A stretch of 64,000 nucleotides of DNA from Obrimoposthia wandeli. Lineage: Eukaryota. The notes under the pieces were generated by a model. That model worked only from the letters and a program-made list of their open reading frames with translations. It did no database searches and was not told where the DNA came from. The stretch's first letter is position 1; each line of letters opens with the position of its first letter. Shown piece by piece: positions 9,888-20,000 of this stretch. The translations under genes and the position numbers were made by a program. The stretch covers positions 2,356,001 through 2,420,000 of the forward strand of contig CDROCS010000506.1 of assembly GCA_977020255.1 (NCBI GenBank), read 5' to 3'.

Positions 9888-10346
9888 TCAGATGTCAGCT
9901 TGATTAGAATCATTAAAGCCTAATAGCAATAGGTTTTTTCCTTGCTGCTGATAGGCCAAAAAACGCTGCTGAATGTCGTTTGGTGCCACTTCTGTCGGAG
10001 CAAACCCATGCTGATGATAAAAATCGGCAAGATGGGGCAAAGCAAAGGTAAAGGTTTTATCGGTGATGAAGTGAGTACGCATATCGCGTAATAACCGATG
10101 ACCTAGCTGCTGACCACGATAATCAGGGGATACTAACATGCCAGTTAACAGCGTGAATTCTCCGATAGGACGTAAACGTGCGCAAGCGACAATAGTATTC
10201 TTATCTTTGCTATTGTTGTCTTTGCTATTGTTGTTTTTTAATACGGCTATATGCTCGGCTTTGTTGGGTCGAGAGTAGGGCAGATATTGCTTATAAAAAG
10301 GCTTAACTAACGGATTCTCTATTTTCTTTAACCACTGAAACTGCAT
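9888..10346 (-). CDS. GNAT family N-acetyltransferase
   Basis: Acetyl-CoA motif A (VSPDYRGQQLG) and FYHQHGF. ATG 10346 has an AAGGG RBS; the ORF track extends to 10376. Confidence 0.8.
   Translation of the reverse strand: MQFQWLKKIENPLVKPFYKQYLPYSRPNKAEHIAVLKNNNSKDNNSKDKNTIVACARLRPIGEFTLLTGMLVSPDYRGQQLGHRLLRDMRTHFITDKTFTFALPHLADFYHQHGFAPTEVAPNDIQQRFLAYQQQGKNLLLLGFNDSNQADI
10204..10233. repeat. In-frame 15-bp tandem duplication inside the GNAT gene
   Basis: tctttgctattgttg x2, encoding the repeated NNSKD. Confidence 0.85.
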
Positions 10347-10440
10347 CTCGTACCCTTTTATTATTCGGTTTTGCATACAGATACGGTATTATAACGGTAC
10401 TATCTGCATGGGATCATGCTTTACGAGTGCTAATTATTTC

Positions 10441-11472
10441 ATGCAAATACTAAAAAATCATAATTTAAAACCTTACACCAGTTTTGGTGTTGATGCTTAT
10501 GCAGCGCAATTTGTCACAGTGACGACTTTAACTGAGCTGCAATTAGCATTAGCCATTCCTGCGCCTCAGCGCTTAATTCTTGGTGGCGGCAGCAATCTAT
10601 TATTTTGTGATGACTTCACTGGACTTGTTATCCGCATTTGTTTAACGGGTATCACAGTGAATGACGCAAACGATGACGTGGTCAGTTTACATGTCGCTGC
10701 AGGTGAAAATTGGCATGAGTTTGTCCAATGGACCTTGGCGCAAGGTTATGCAGGTTTAGAAAATCTAGCCCTTATCCCTGGTGTTGTCGGTGCTGCACCG
10801 GTGCAAAATATTGGTGCCTATGGCGTTGAATTGAAGGATTTCTGCGATTATGTCGATGTACTTGATATTGAAAGCTTAACGGTACGACGTTATACACCTG
10901 CTGAATGTAAATTTGATTACCGTGATAGTATTTTCAAAGGTGAGCTTAAAGATAAAGCAGTGATCACCGCTGTGGGTATTAGATTGCCTAAGCCTTGGGT
11001 GGCTAAAATTAATTATGGTCCGCTGGCCAATTTAGGCGCGGATGCATCGGCATTAACAATCTTTAAGCAGGTCTGTTTGACTCGCCAACAAAAACTCCCC
11101 GATCCGAATAAGCTCGGTAATGCGGGTAGCTTCTTTAAAAACCCGATCATCAATAAAGCGCAATTCGATGTGATTTTCGAAAACAACCCAAGCATGCCGC
11201 ATTATCCTGCGGGTGATAAGATTAAATTGGCAGCTGGCTGGTTGATTGATCAATGCGATCTCAAAGGTTACCAGCAAGGTGGCGCGCAAGTGCATACCGA
11301 GCAGGCCTTGGTCATCGTCAATACTGGCACGGCGACAGCACATGATATCGTCATGCTTGCCCAACATATCCAAACGACAGTATCTGCTCGTTTTGCGGTT
11401 GAACTACAGCATGAAGTGCGTTTCATTGGACGTGATGGTGAAACTAATCTGGCGGAGGTGTGCAGTGGTTAA
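10441..11472 (+). CDS. murB: UDP-N-acetylmuramate dehydrogenase
   Basis: LGGGSNLL, GLENLALIPG, APVQNIGAYG, GNAGSFFKNP and ALV motifs. Start uncertain (ORF track 10408). Confidence 0.95.
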   Translation: MQILKNHNLKPYTSFGVDAYAAQFVTVTTLTELQLALAIPAPQRLILGGGSNLLFCDDFTGLVIRICLTGITVNDANDDVVSLHVAAGENWHEFVQWTLAQGYAGLENLALIPGVVGAAPVQNIGAYGVELKDFCDYVDVLDIESLTVRRYTPAECKFDYRDSIFKGELKDKAVITAVGIRLPKPWVAKINYGPLANLGADASALTIFKQVCLTRQQKLPDPNKLGNAGSFFKNPIINKAQFDVIFENNPSMPHYPAGDKIKLAAGWLIDQCDLKGYQQGGAQVHTEQALVIVNTGTATAHDIVMLAQHIQTTVSARFAVELQHEVRFIGRDGETNLAEVCSG

Positions 11473-11473
11473 T

Positions 11474-12433
11474 ATGACAGCGTCACGACAACAGTTAATT
11501 CGTTTACTTGCCGATGGTGAATTCCATTCTGGTGAAGCCTTGGGTGAAACCTTAGGTGTGAGTCGCATGGCAGTGAGTAAACAGGTTAAAGTACTAGAAA
11601 CAATCGGCTTAGATATATTCAAAATCACCGGTAAAGGTTATAAGCTCTCATCGCCTCTGCAGTTAATTGATGCGCAGTCGATTGCAGAGGGCAGTGGGGT
11701 AACTGTTGAGTGCCACCAAGTACTAGGTTCCACGAATCAACATTTATTAGATAAAGCTGCGTTATTGCATAAAGGTCATAGCTGTTTTGCGGAATATCAG
11801 ACTGCTGGGCGTGGTCGTCGTGGTAAAAAATGGGTATCACCTTATGGGTCACACCTTTACACCAGTACTTACTGGAGTCTTGACGCCGGCATTCAAGCTG
11901 CTTCAGGCTTAAGCTTGGTGATTGGTATTGCCGTTGAGCGTACGCTGACAGATTTAGGCATTGCCAATACCCAGTTGAAATGGCCGAATGATGTCTATGT
12001 TGACGGTAAAAAAATTGCTGGGGTATTAGTTGAGATTATCGCCACTGCGGGTGGGGAATGCCATCTCGTTATTGGTTTAGGCTTGAATGTTAATATGCCA
12101 TTACAAGCAGGTCTGGAAATAGACCAAGCTTGGACTGATATCAGTCAACAGCTGCAACAGCCACTCGACCGTAATGAACTTGCAGCTGGCTATTTATCAC
12201 ATCTCGTTAAGGTTCTAACTGATTTTGAGCAGTTTGGCTTTGCGCACTTTGTCGAAGAATGGAATCGTTGTGATGCATTTAAAGATTGTCCGGTGGTTTT
12301 AACCTTAGGTGATAAGCAAAAACATGGTATTGCCAAAGGCATTGATCATACTGGCGCCTTATTATTAGACATTGACGGTGTGATCAGTCCCTATGTCGGT
12401 GGTGAGGTATCTCTACGACGTACTGATATTTAA
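11474..12433 (+). CDS. birA: Bifunctional biotin ligase/repressor
   Basis: N-terminal wHTH (FHSGEALG), STN, GRGRRG and KWPND motifs. The ATG follows the murB stop directly; the ORF-track start at 11246 overlaps murB. Confidence 0.95.
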   Translation: MTASRQQLIRLLADGEFHSGEALGETLGVSRMAVSKQVKVLETIGLDIFKITGKGYKLSSPLQLIDAQSIAEGSGVTVECHQVLGSTNQHLLDKAALLHKGHSCFAEYQTAGRGRRGKKWVSPYGSHLYTSTYWSLDAGIQAASGLSLVIGIAVERTLTDLGIANTQLKWPNDVYVDGKKIAGVLVEIIATAGGECHLVIGLGLNVNMPLQAGLEIDQAWTDISQQLQQPLDRNELAAGYLSHLVKVLTDFEQFGFAHFVEEWNRCDAFKDCPVVLTLGDKQKHGIAKGIDHTGALLLDIDGVISPYVGGEVSLRRTDI

Positions 12434-12583
12434 TTGAAAATGGATGTCTAGCGAGGTTTTGACTCGAAGGTTACTCGAAGTGGCTAAATATTCACCAGTA
12501 GAATAAAAAAAAACTGGTTTTTATAGATTAAGGTTGCAAGAGGTAGGGGGTTACTCTAATATCCCTCCTCGTTAAGTGACGCC

Positions 12584-12632
<49 letters not shown>

Positions 12633-12659
12633 CCAGTTCGACTCCGGCAGTCGGCACCA
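12584..12659 (+). tRNA. thrU: tRNA-Thr(TGT)
   Basis: Full cloverleaf GCCGACT...AGTCGGC-ACCA, anticodon TGT. Confidence 0.97.
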
Positions 12660-12687
12660 TTTAACTCGTTACTGAAGTACAATATGT

Positions 12688-12772
12688 GGAGGGGTTCCCG
12701 AGTGGCCAAAGGGATCAGACTGTAAATCTGACGGCTCAGCCTTCGAAGGTTCGAATCCTTCTCCCTCCACCA
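12688..12772 (+). tRNA. tyrU: tRNA-Tyr(GTA)
   Basis: 85 nt with long variable arm, anticodon GTA, CCA end. Confidence 0.97.
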
Positions 12773-12791
12773 CTTTGTATTCAGGACGCAT

Positions 12792-12866
12792 GCGGGCGTC
12801 GTATAATGGCTATTACTCCAGCCTTCCAAGCTGATAATGCGGGTTCGATTCCCGCCGCCCGCTCCA
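12792..12866 (+). tRNA. glyT: tRNA-Gly(TCC)
   Basis: GCGGGCG...CGCCCGC-TCCA, anticodon TCC. Confidence 0.96.
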
Positions 12867-12871
12867 AATTC

Positions 12872-12888
12872 GCTGATATGGCTCAGTC

Positions 12889-12919
<31 letters not shown>

Positions 12920-12947
12920 CCCAGTTCGATTCTGGGTATCAGCACCA
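12872..12947 (+). tRNA. thrT: tRNA-Thr(GGT)
   Basis: GCTGATA...TATCAGC-ACCA, anticodon GGT. Confidence 0.97.
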
Positions 12948-13023
12948 TTTTTTAGGTCAATTATTTCTTCTTCTCTGTATTCTTCATACCAAATAACTAT
13001 ACCTTAAAAATAACCACGCTTTA

Positions 13024-13062
13024 AAACAATCAAAAATAATCTAAACAATCAAAAAATAATTT
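13024..13062. repeat. Imperfect 19/20-bp direct repeat in the AT-rich spacer after thrT
   Basis: aaacaatcaaaaataatct / aaacaatcaaaaaataattt. Confidence 0.7.
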
Positions 13063-13123
13063 AATTATAATCTTTTAAAGCTATTTGTAATTCAAATATT
13101 ATTCATAATTATTTACGAATAAC

Positions 13124-13151
13124 TTGCATGAAAAATGAAAGCCCCTATAAT
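13124..13151 (+). promoter_or_regulatory. Sigma70 promoter upstream of the tRNA remnant and secE-nusG
   Basis: TTGCAT-16 bp-TATAAT, an AT-rich UP region and a GC-containing discriminator. Confidence 0.75.
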
Positions 13152-13167
13152 TAGGTGCTCCGTTTGT

Positions 13168-13240
13168 AGGGGTAGTTCCAATTGGTAGAAAAGCGGTCTT
13201 CAAACTGATGTTTGTAAGTTCGATTATCTCCCTCCTACCA
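13168..13240 (+). pseudogene. Degenerate tRNA-Trp-like remnant (TCA at the anticodon position)
   Basis: AGGGG start, D-loop CCAATTGGTAGA, TTCGA T-loop and CCA end match tRNA-Trp, and the position before secE fits. The stems are broken and shortened. Confidence 0.75.
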
Positions 13241-13295
13241 CTGTCATCACCGTGTAACAGCGGATTTTTTTGTCTTTAAGGTACAGGTTAGTAGT

Positions 13296-13673
13296 ATGAC
13301 TTCAAATACTGAAAACCAAGGAAAAGCACTAGAAACTGTAAAATGGGTACTAGTTGCTATAATTCTAATTGGCACAGTTATTGGTAACAATATTTTTAGT
13401 GAAGAATCAGTGTTAATCCGCGCAGTTGCTGTAATCATTGCCGCTGTTATTGCTGGTGGCATTGCATTACAGACAAGTAAAGGGCGCAATGCGCTTGAAT
13501 TTGCATCTGAATCAAGAACAGAAGTACGTAAAGTAGTTTGGCCTACACGCCAAGAGGCAATCCAAACTACACTTATCGTATTAGTTGTTACCGCTATTAT
13601 GGCGTTAGTGCTATGGGGTCTAGATGGTATTCTAGTTCGTATAGTTGCATTTATCACAGATGTAAAGGTATAA
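13296..13673 (+). CDS. secE: Preprotein translocase subunit SecE
   Basis: Three-TM SecE with the EVRKVVWPT motif. Confidence 0.97.
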   Translation: MTSNTENQGKALETVKWVLVAIILIGTVIGNNIFSEESVLIRAVAVIIAAVIAGGIALQTSKGRNALEFASESRTEVRKVVWPTRQEAIQTTLIVLVVTAIMALVLWGLDGILVRIVAFITDVKV

Positions 13674-13677
13674 GTTC

Positions 13678-14220
13678 ATGTCTGAACAGAAAATGAGATG
13701 GTACGTAGTTCAAGCCTTTTCCGGTTTTGAAGGTCGTGTTCAAAAAACATTAACAGAACACATTAGAATTCACAACATGGAAGAATACTTCGGTGAAGTA
13801 CTTGTTCCAACGGAAGAAGTTGTTGAAATGCGTGCTGGTCAACGCCGCAAGAGTGAACGTAAGTTCTTCCCTGGCTACGTTTTAGTTCAAATGGTAATGA
13901 ACGATGAATCATGGCATTTGGTAAGTAGTTTACCACGTGTACTTGGTTTCATTGGCGGTACTAAAGAACGTCCAGCTCCGATTACTTCTAAAGAAGCTGA
14001 CCGTATTCTTAACCGTCTTCAAGATGCAATTGATAAGCCGCGTCCTAAGACGTTATTTGAAGTTGGTGAAGTGGTTCGTGTATCTGACGGCCCATTCGCA
14101 GATTTCAACGGTGTTGTTGAAGAAGTTGACTACGAAAAGAGTCGCTTAAAAGTTTCTGTATTGATCTTCGGTCGTTCTACTCCGGTAGAATTAGATTTCG
14201 GTCAAGTAGAAAAAGGCTAA
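13678..14220 (+). CDS. nusG: Transcription termination/antitermination factor NusG
   Basis: [17 protein letters not shown] and KOW domain ([16 protein letters not shown]). Confidence 0.98.
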   Translation: MSEQKMRWYVVQAFSGFEGRVQKTLTEHIRIHNMEEYFGEVLVPTEEVVEMRAGQRRKSERKFFPGYVLVQMVMNDESWHLVSSLPRVLGFIGGTKERPAPITSKEADRILNRLQDAIDKPRPKTLFEVGEVVRVSDGPFADFNGVVEEVDYEKSRLKVSVLIFGRSTPVELDFGQVEKG

Positions 14221-14222
14221 TA

Positions 14223-14245
14223 CCATTAACCTGTTAGGTTAATGG
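14223..14245. terminator. Hairpin after nusG
   Basis: CCATTAACCT-gtt-AGGTTAATGG, a perfect 10-bp stem right after the stop codon. Confidence 0.55.
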
Positions 14246-14300
14246 TAAGGTCGAATACAATTATATTTACATTTTATTGAATGAATTTTCAACAAAATGC

Positions 14301-14346
14301 TTGGCAAGGGCAGCAATTATATCTATAATTCGCTGCCCTTGTTTTT
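14301..14346 (+). promoter_or_regulatory. rplK promoter overlapped by a terminator-like inverted repeat
   Basis: AAGGGCAGC...GCTGCCCTT followed by a T-run, enclosing TATAAT. The same layout occurs at the enterobacterial L11 promoter. Confidence 0.65.
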
Positions 14347-14405
14347 CGGGAAGCTAGTATCTATGTTGGATACAGCGTTCGCACCCATATTTAAGGTAAA
14401 TTAAA
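14347..14405 (+). promoter_or_regulatory. L1-binding leader of rplKA
   Basis: GGGAAGCT...hairpin...AGCGTT..ACCC resembles the L1 autoregulatory site. Confidence 0.5.
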
Positions 14406-14834
14406 ATGGCTAAAAAAGTTACTGCGTATATTAAGCTGCAAGTTTCAGCTGGTATGGCGAATCCTAGTCCACCAGTTGGTCCTGCACTAGGTCAACACGG
14501 TGTTAACATCATGGAATTCTGTAAAGCGTTTAACGCAAAAACAGATTCTGTTGAAAAGGGTTCTCCGACTCCTGTTGTTATCACAGTTTATTCTGATCGT
14601 TCATTTACGTTCGAAACAAAGACTTCTCCAGCATCTTTCTTACTTAAGAAAGCGGCAGGCATCAAGTCTGGTTCTGGTCGTCCTAACACTGATAAAGTGG
14701 GTACTGTTACTCGCGCTCAGCTGGAAGAGATCTCTAACACTAAACAACCAGACCTTACGGGCGCTGATCTAGAAGCAATGGTTCGCACTATTGCTGGTAC
14801 AGCTCGCTCGATGGGCTTGAACGTAGAAGGATAA
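14406..14834 (+). CDS. rplK: 50S ribosomal protein L11
   Basis: [23 protein letters not shown]. Confidence 0.99.
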   Translation: MAKKVTAYIKLQVSAGMANPSPPVGPALGQHGVNIMEFCKAFNAKTDSVEKGSPTPVVITVYSDRSFTFETKTSPASFLLKKAAGIKSGSGRPNTDKVGTVTRAQLEEISNTKQPDLTGADLEAMVRTIAGTARSMGLNVEG

Positions 14835-14842
14835 TTCAGAAA

Positions 14843-15541
14843 ATGGCTAAACTTTCTAAACGTATGCGTACGATCCGCGAAAAAGTGGAATCTACAAAAG
14901 CTTACGAAATCAACGAAGCAGTTGAACTTCTTAAAGAATTAGCATCAGCTAAATTCAAAGAAAGCATCGATGTTTCTGTAAACCTAGGTATTGATTCACG
15001 TAAATCTGACCAAAACGTTCGTGGCGCTACTGTGCTACCACACGGTACTGGTCGTGAAGTACGTGTTGCAGTATTTACACAAGGTGCTAACGCTGAAGCT
15101 GCTAAAGCTGCTGGCGCTGACATCGTAGGTATGGACGATCTAGCTGCACAAGTTAAAGCCGGTGAGCTTAACTTTGATGTTGTTATCGCATCTCCAGACG
15201 CTATGCGTGTTGTTGGTCAACTAGGTCAAATCCTAGGTCCACGCGGTTTAATGCCAAACCCTAAAGTTGGTACTGTAACTCCTGACGTTGCGACTGCAGT
15301 TAAAAATGCTAAGTCTGGTCAAGTTCGTTACCGTAACGACAAAGCTGGCATCATCCACACTACTATCGGTAAAGTGGATTTTGAAGCTGTACAAATCAAG
15401 GAAAACCTTGAGTCTCTACTTAAAGCACTAAGCAAGTCAAAACCTGCTTCTGCTAAAGGCCAATTCATCAAGAAAATCAGTCTATCTACTACGATGGGTG
15501 CTGGTCTTTCTGTTGATGTTGCGTCACTAGAGACTAAATAA
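14843..15541 (+). CDS. rplA: 50S ribosomal protein L1
   Basis: [18 protein letters not shown] and [10 protein letters not shown]. Confidence 0.99.
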   Translation: MAKLSKRMRTIREKVESTKAYEINEAVELLKELASAKFKESIDVSVNLGIDSRKSDQNVRGATVLPHGTGREVRVAVFTQGANAEAAKAAGADIVGMDDLAAQVKAGELNFDVVIASPDAMRVVGQLGQILGPRGLMPNPKVGTVTPDVATAVKNAKSGQVRYRNDKAGIIHTTIGKVDFEAVQIKENLESLLKALSKSKPASAKGQFIKKISLSTTMGAGLSVDVASLETK

Positions 15542-15570
15542 TTTACAGGGAACCTTTTATCTAGTATAAT
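15542..15570 (+). promoter_or_regulatory. rplJ (L10) promoter
   Basis: TTTACA-17 bp-TATAAT immediately after the rplA stop, with a GGGAAC/GTTCCC stem. Confidence 0.7.
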
Positions 15571-15682
15571 TTGTTCCCTAAAAATTAGTAAATACGTTAA
15601 GGCTAATTTATTAGCTTTAACGTATTTACAAAATGTGGGTTGAAGTAAGGATATTGAGCTTAATGCTTGATATGACTTACTT

Positions 15683-15825
15683 CCGTCCAAGACCGTAGGA
15701 GATATTCTTACATTGTAAGTAATATCTTAATATTGATCGGCTATTTTAATTAATACTTGAGCTTTCCTACGTAGATGGTGCAGGGCCCCTGAAGAATTTA
15801 TTTCTTCTGGAATCCGAGCCGTAAT
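15683..15825 (+). promoter_or_regulatory. L10 leader (ribosomal protein autoregulatory RNA)
   Basis: CCGTCCAAGACCGTAGG...CCTACGTAGATGGTG motif upstream of rplJ. Confidence 0.8.
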
Positions 15826-15911
15826 GGTTCGTTTAATATCTAAGTTTACTTGGTATTATTCGGAAATTTTTAATACCGATTTTTAATCGGTTTTATCCAG
15901 GAGTATAGACC

Positions 15912-16415
15912 ATGGCATTAGGTCTCGACGACAAAAAAGCAATTGTTGCTGAAGTCAACGAAGCTGCCAAGGCTGCGCTTTCTGCAGTAGTTGCTGATTC
16001 ACGTGGCGTTACTGTAGGTGCAATGACTGGTCTTCGCAAGCTAGCTCGTGAGAATAACGTATACATTCGTGTAGTACGTAATACTCTTATGAAGCGTGCT
16101 GTTGAAGGTACTGAATTTCAGTGCCTGAACGAAGTATTTACCGGTCCAACTCTGATCGCATTCTCTAATGAGCACCCAGGTGCTGCAGCTCGTCTATTAA
16201 AAGACTTCGCTGCACAAGAAGAATCTTTCACAGTTAAAGCGTTAGCATTTGAAGGCGAATTTATCGGTGCAGAAAACATTGATAAACTAGCAACATTACC
16301 AACATACGATGAAGCAATTGCTCAGCTAATGATGACTATGAAAGAAGCATCAGCTGGTAAACTTGTACGTACATTGGCTGCTTTACGCGATCAAAAAGAG
16401 CAAGAAGCTGCTTAA
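15912..16415 (+). CDS. rplJ: 50S ribosomal protein L10
   Basis: VVRNTL, GPT and LATLPT motifs; synteny. Confidence 0.98.
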   Translation: MALGLDDKKAIVAEVNEAAKAALSAVVADSRGVTVGAMTGLRKLARENNVYIRVVRNTLMKRAVEGTEFQCLNEVFTGPTLIAFSNEHPGAAARLLKDFAAQEESFTVKALAFEGEFIGAENIDKLATLPTYDEAIAQLMMTMKEASAGKLVRTLAALRDQKEQEAA

Positions 16416-16462
16416 TTTAGCTGCTTTGTCTAAAATAAATTTTACAATATTAGGAATGACAC

Positions 16463-16828
16463 ATGTCTATCACTAAAGACCAAATCATCGACGCAATTGC
16501 TGAACTTTCTGTAATGGAAGTTGTTGAATTAATCGAAGCAATGGAAGAAAAATTCGGCGTATCAGCTGCTGCTGCAGTTGTTGCTGGCGGCGCTACTGCT
16601 GCTGCTGAAGAAGAGCAAACAGAATTCGACGTAATTCTTACTTCTTTCGGCGAAAACAAAGTTAAAGCTATTAAAGCTGTTCGTGCTGCTACAGGTCTTG
16701 GCCTTAAAGAAGCAAAAGGCGTTGTTGAATCAGCTCCTGCACCGATCAAAGAAGGCGTTGACAAAGCTGAAGCAGAAGCACTTAAAGCTACTCTTGAAGA
16801 AGCTGGCTGTACTGTTGAGCTTAAATAA
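16463..16828 (+). CDS. rplL: 50S ribosomal protein L7/L12
   Basis: [10 protein letters not shown] and GLGLKEAK. Confidence 0.99.
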   Translation: MSITKDQIIDAIAELSVMEVVELIEAMEEKFGVSAAAAVVAGGATAAAEEEQTEFDVILTSFGENKVKAIKAVRAATGLGLKEAKGVVESAPAPIKEGVDKAEAEALKATLEEAGCTVELK

Positions 16829-16862
16829 TCTATTCTTGAATAGATTATTGCCTTCATAAGGC

Positions 16863-16896
16863 ATTGGCTGGTGATTTTTTAATCGCCGGCCTTTTT
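16863..16896 (+). terminator. rplL-rpoB attenuator
   Basis: GGCTGGTGATT...AATCGCCGGCC followed by TTTTT. Confidence 0.8.
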
Positions 16897-17061
16897 GCGC
16901 TATAGGATGTTTGGATATTTCACATCATTTCAACCAAAATTCTGCGCACTGTTTAGCCCAATTCATTTGGTCGAGACAGTATAAAAAACATATAATGATG
17001 TTGTTAGAGCTGTCCTTTTTCAGGGCAGAGTGGGTCACTTATCAGCGAGCTGAGGAACCAA

Positions 17062-20000
17062 ATGGTTTACTCTAATACCGAAAAAAAACGTATCCGTAAA
17101 GACTTTGGTAAAAGTGCACCAGTTGTGGCTAAACCGCAAATGTTGGCTATCCAAACTAGCTCTTTTAAAAAGTTTTTAGAAATGGATCACACAGGTGAAT
17201 ACGGCCTGGAAGCAGCATTCCGTAGCGTATTCCCGATTAAAAGTTACTCTGGAACTTCAGAACTTCAATATGTATCGTACCGTTTAGGTGAACCTGTATT
17301 TGACGTTAAAGAATGTCAAATCCGTGGTGTTACTTACTCTGCACCGCTACGTGTTAAGTTACGCCTAGTATTATACGATCGTGATGCACCTGCAGGCACT
17401 ATCAAAGATATCAAAGAACAAGAAGTTTATATGGGCGAAATCCCATTGATGACTGATACTGGTACTTTCGTTATCAATGGTACTGAACGTGTAATCGTAT
17501 CTCAGTTACACCGTAGTCCTGGTGTATTCTTCGATCACGACAAAGGTAAAACTCATTCATCAGGTAAAGTATTATATAACGCACGCGTTATTCCTTACCG
17601 TGGTTCATGGTTAGACTTTGAATTCGATCCGAAAGATAGCTTATTCGTTCGTATTGACCGTCGTCGTAAATTACCATCATCAATTATTCTTCGTGCACTT
17701 GAGTTCACGACGGAAGAAATCTTAGCAATCTTCTTTGATACTACACGTTTCGAAGTTAAAGATGGCAAGTTAATGATGGAACTACTACCAGACCGTCTAC
17801 GTGGTGAAACAGCTGTATTTGACATTGTCGCTAATGGCGAAACATATGTTGAAAATGGTCGTCGTATTACTGCTCGTCATATCAAGAAATTTGAAAAAGA
17901 CGGCGTAAACGAAATCGAAGTACCACTAGAGTATATCGCTGGTAAAGTAGCTTCTAAAGATTACATCAACGAAGACACAGGCGAAGTGATTGTTGCAGCG
18001 AATGCTGAACTAACACTAGAATCTGTTGCTGAATTGTCTCAAGCTGGTATCAAGGTAATTGATGTTCTTTATACGAACGACCTTGATGTAGGTAGTTACA
18101 TGTCTGACACATTACGTGTTGACTCAACTACTAACAAACTTGAAGCGCTAGTTGAAATCTACCGTATGATGCGTCCTGGTGAACCACCAACGCGTGAAGC
18201 GGCAGAAGGTTTATTCAATAATCTATTCTTCGCAGAAGAACGTTATGACTTATCTACTGTAGGTCGTATGAAGTTCAACCGCCGTATTGGCCGTGAAGAA
18301 GATACTGGTTCAGGTATCCTGAACAAAGCAGATATTGTTGAAGTAATGAAAACTTTGATTAATATCCGTAACGGTAAAGGCGAGGTTGATGATATCGATC
18401 ACCTTGGTAACCGTCGTATTCGTTCAGTTGGCGAAATGGCAGAAAACCAATTCCGTGTTGGTTTAGTTCGTGTAGAACGTGCTGTTCGTGAACGTCTAAG
18501 TCTTGGTGATCTTGATGCAGTAATGCCACAAGATTTAATCAATGCTAAGCCGATTTCAGCTGCGATTAAAGAGTTCTTTGGTTCATCACAACTGTCTCAG
18601 TTTATGGATCAAAATAACCCGTTGTCAGAAGTTACGCACAAACGTCGTATTTCTGCATTAGGGCCTGGTGGTCTAACACGTGAACGTGCTGGTTTTGAAG
18701 TACGTGACGTACATCCAACTCACTACGGTCGTTTATGTCCGATTGAGACTCCAGAGGGACCAAACATTGGTCTAATTAACTCACTAGCTGTATTTGCCCG
18801 TACTAACGATTATGGTTTCTTAGAAACACCATTCCGTAAAGTAATCAACGGTCAAGTAACTAATGATGTTCAATACCTTTCTGCTATCGAAGAAGGTCTG
18901 TATGCAGTAGCACAGGCTAACGCGACTGTAGATACTAATGGTGTGTTACAAGATGAATTTATCCCATGTCGTCACAAAGGTGAAACTACCTTTATGTCTG
19001 CGGATAACATTCAGTATATGGACGTATCTCCACAGCAGATTATTTCTGTGGCAGCATCGCTAATTCCATTCCTTGAACACGATGATGCTAACCGTGCATT
19101 GATGGGTGCGAATATGCAACGTCAAGCAGTACCAACACTAAATGCTGATAAGCCATTAGTAGGTACTGGTATTGAACGTGCGGTAGCAATCGATTCAGGT
19201 GTAACAGTTGTTGCGCTACGTGGCGGTTCAATCGACTATGCTGATGCAAGTCGTATCATCGTTAAAGTTAACGAAGATGAACTAGTACCAGGTGAAGCGG
19301 GTATTGATATCTACACGCTAACTAAGTACACACGTTCGAATCAAAACACATGTATTAACCAACGCCCAACAGTATTAACTGGTGAAGCAGTGGTTAAAGG
19401 CGACGTGCTTGCTGATGGTCCTTCAACGGATCTTGGTGAATTAGCACTTGGTCAAAACATGCGTATTGCATTCATGCCTTGGAATGGTTACAACTTCGAG
19501 GATTCAATCCTTGTATCAGAACGAGTTGTAAAAGAAGATCGTCTAACGACTATCCACATTCAAGAATTGTCATCGATTGCGCGTGATACTAAACTTGGTA
19601 GTGAAGAGATTACAGCTGACATCCCTAACGTGGGTGAAAGTGCATTATCTAAACTAGATGAGTCTGGTATCGTTTACGTTGGTGCTGAAGTTAAGCCGGG
19701 TGATATCCTGGTAGGTAAAGTAACCCCTAAAGGTGAAACACAATTAACGCCTGAAGAAAAGCTTCTACGAGCTATCTTCGGTGAAAAAGCATCTGATGTA
19801 AAAGACAGTTCATTACGTGTACCTAACTCTGTTTACGGTACTGTAATTGACGTGCAAGTATTTACCCGTGATGGCGTAGATAAAGATAAACGTGCACAAG
19901 ACATCGAGCAGATGCAACTGCGTGAAGCGAAAAAAGACTTAACTGAAGAATTATCTATCTTCGAAGAAAGCTTATTCGGTCGCGTTAAATCTCTATTACT

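Noticed and set aside
11246-11473. Apparent 76-aa N-terminal extension of BirA
   Set aside because: It overlaps murB in another frame. The wHTH starts at ATG 11474, immediately after the murB stop.
13168-13240. tRNA-Sec (selC) because of the UCA triplet
   Set aside because: Only 73 nt long, with no long variable arm or extended acceptor stem. The sequence and position match tRNA-Trp.
17062-17210. Divergent RpoB N-terminus (YSNTE, PQML)
   Set aside because: This region varies among phyla and the rifampicin pocket looks wild type; there is no basis for a functional claim without an alignment.
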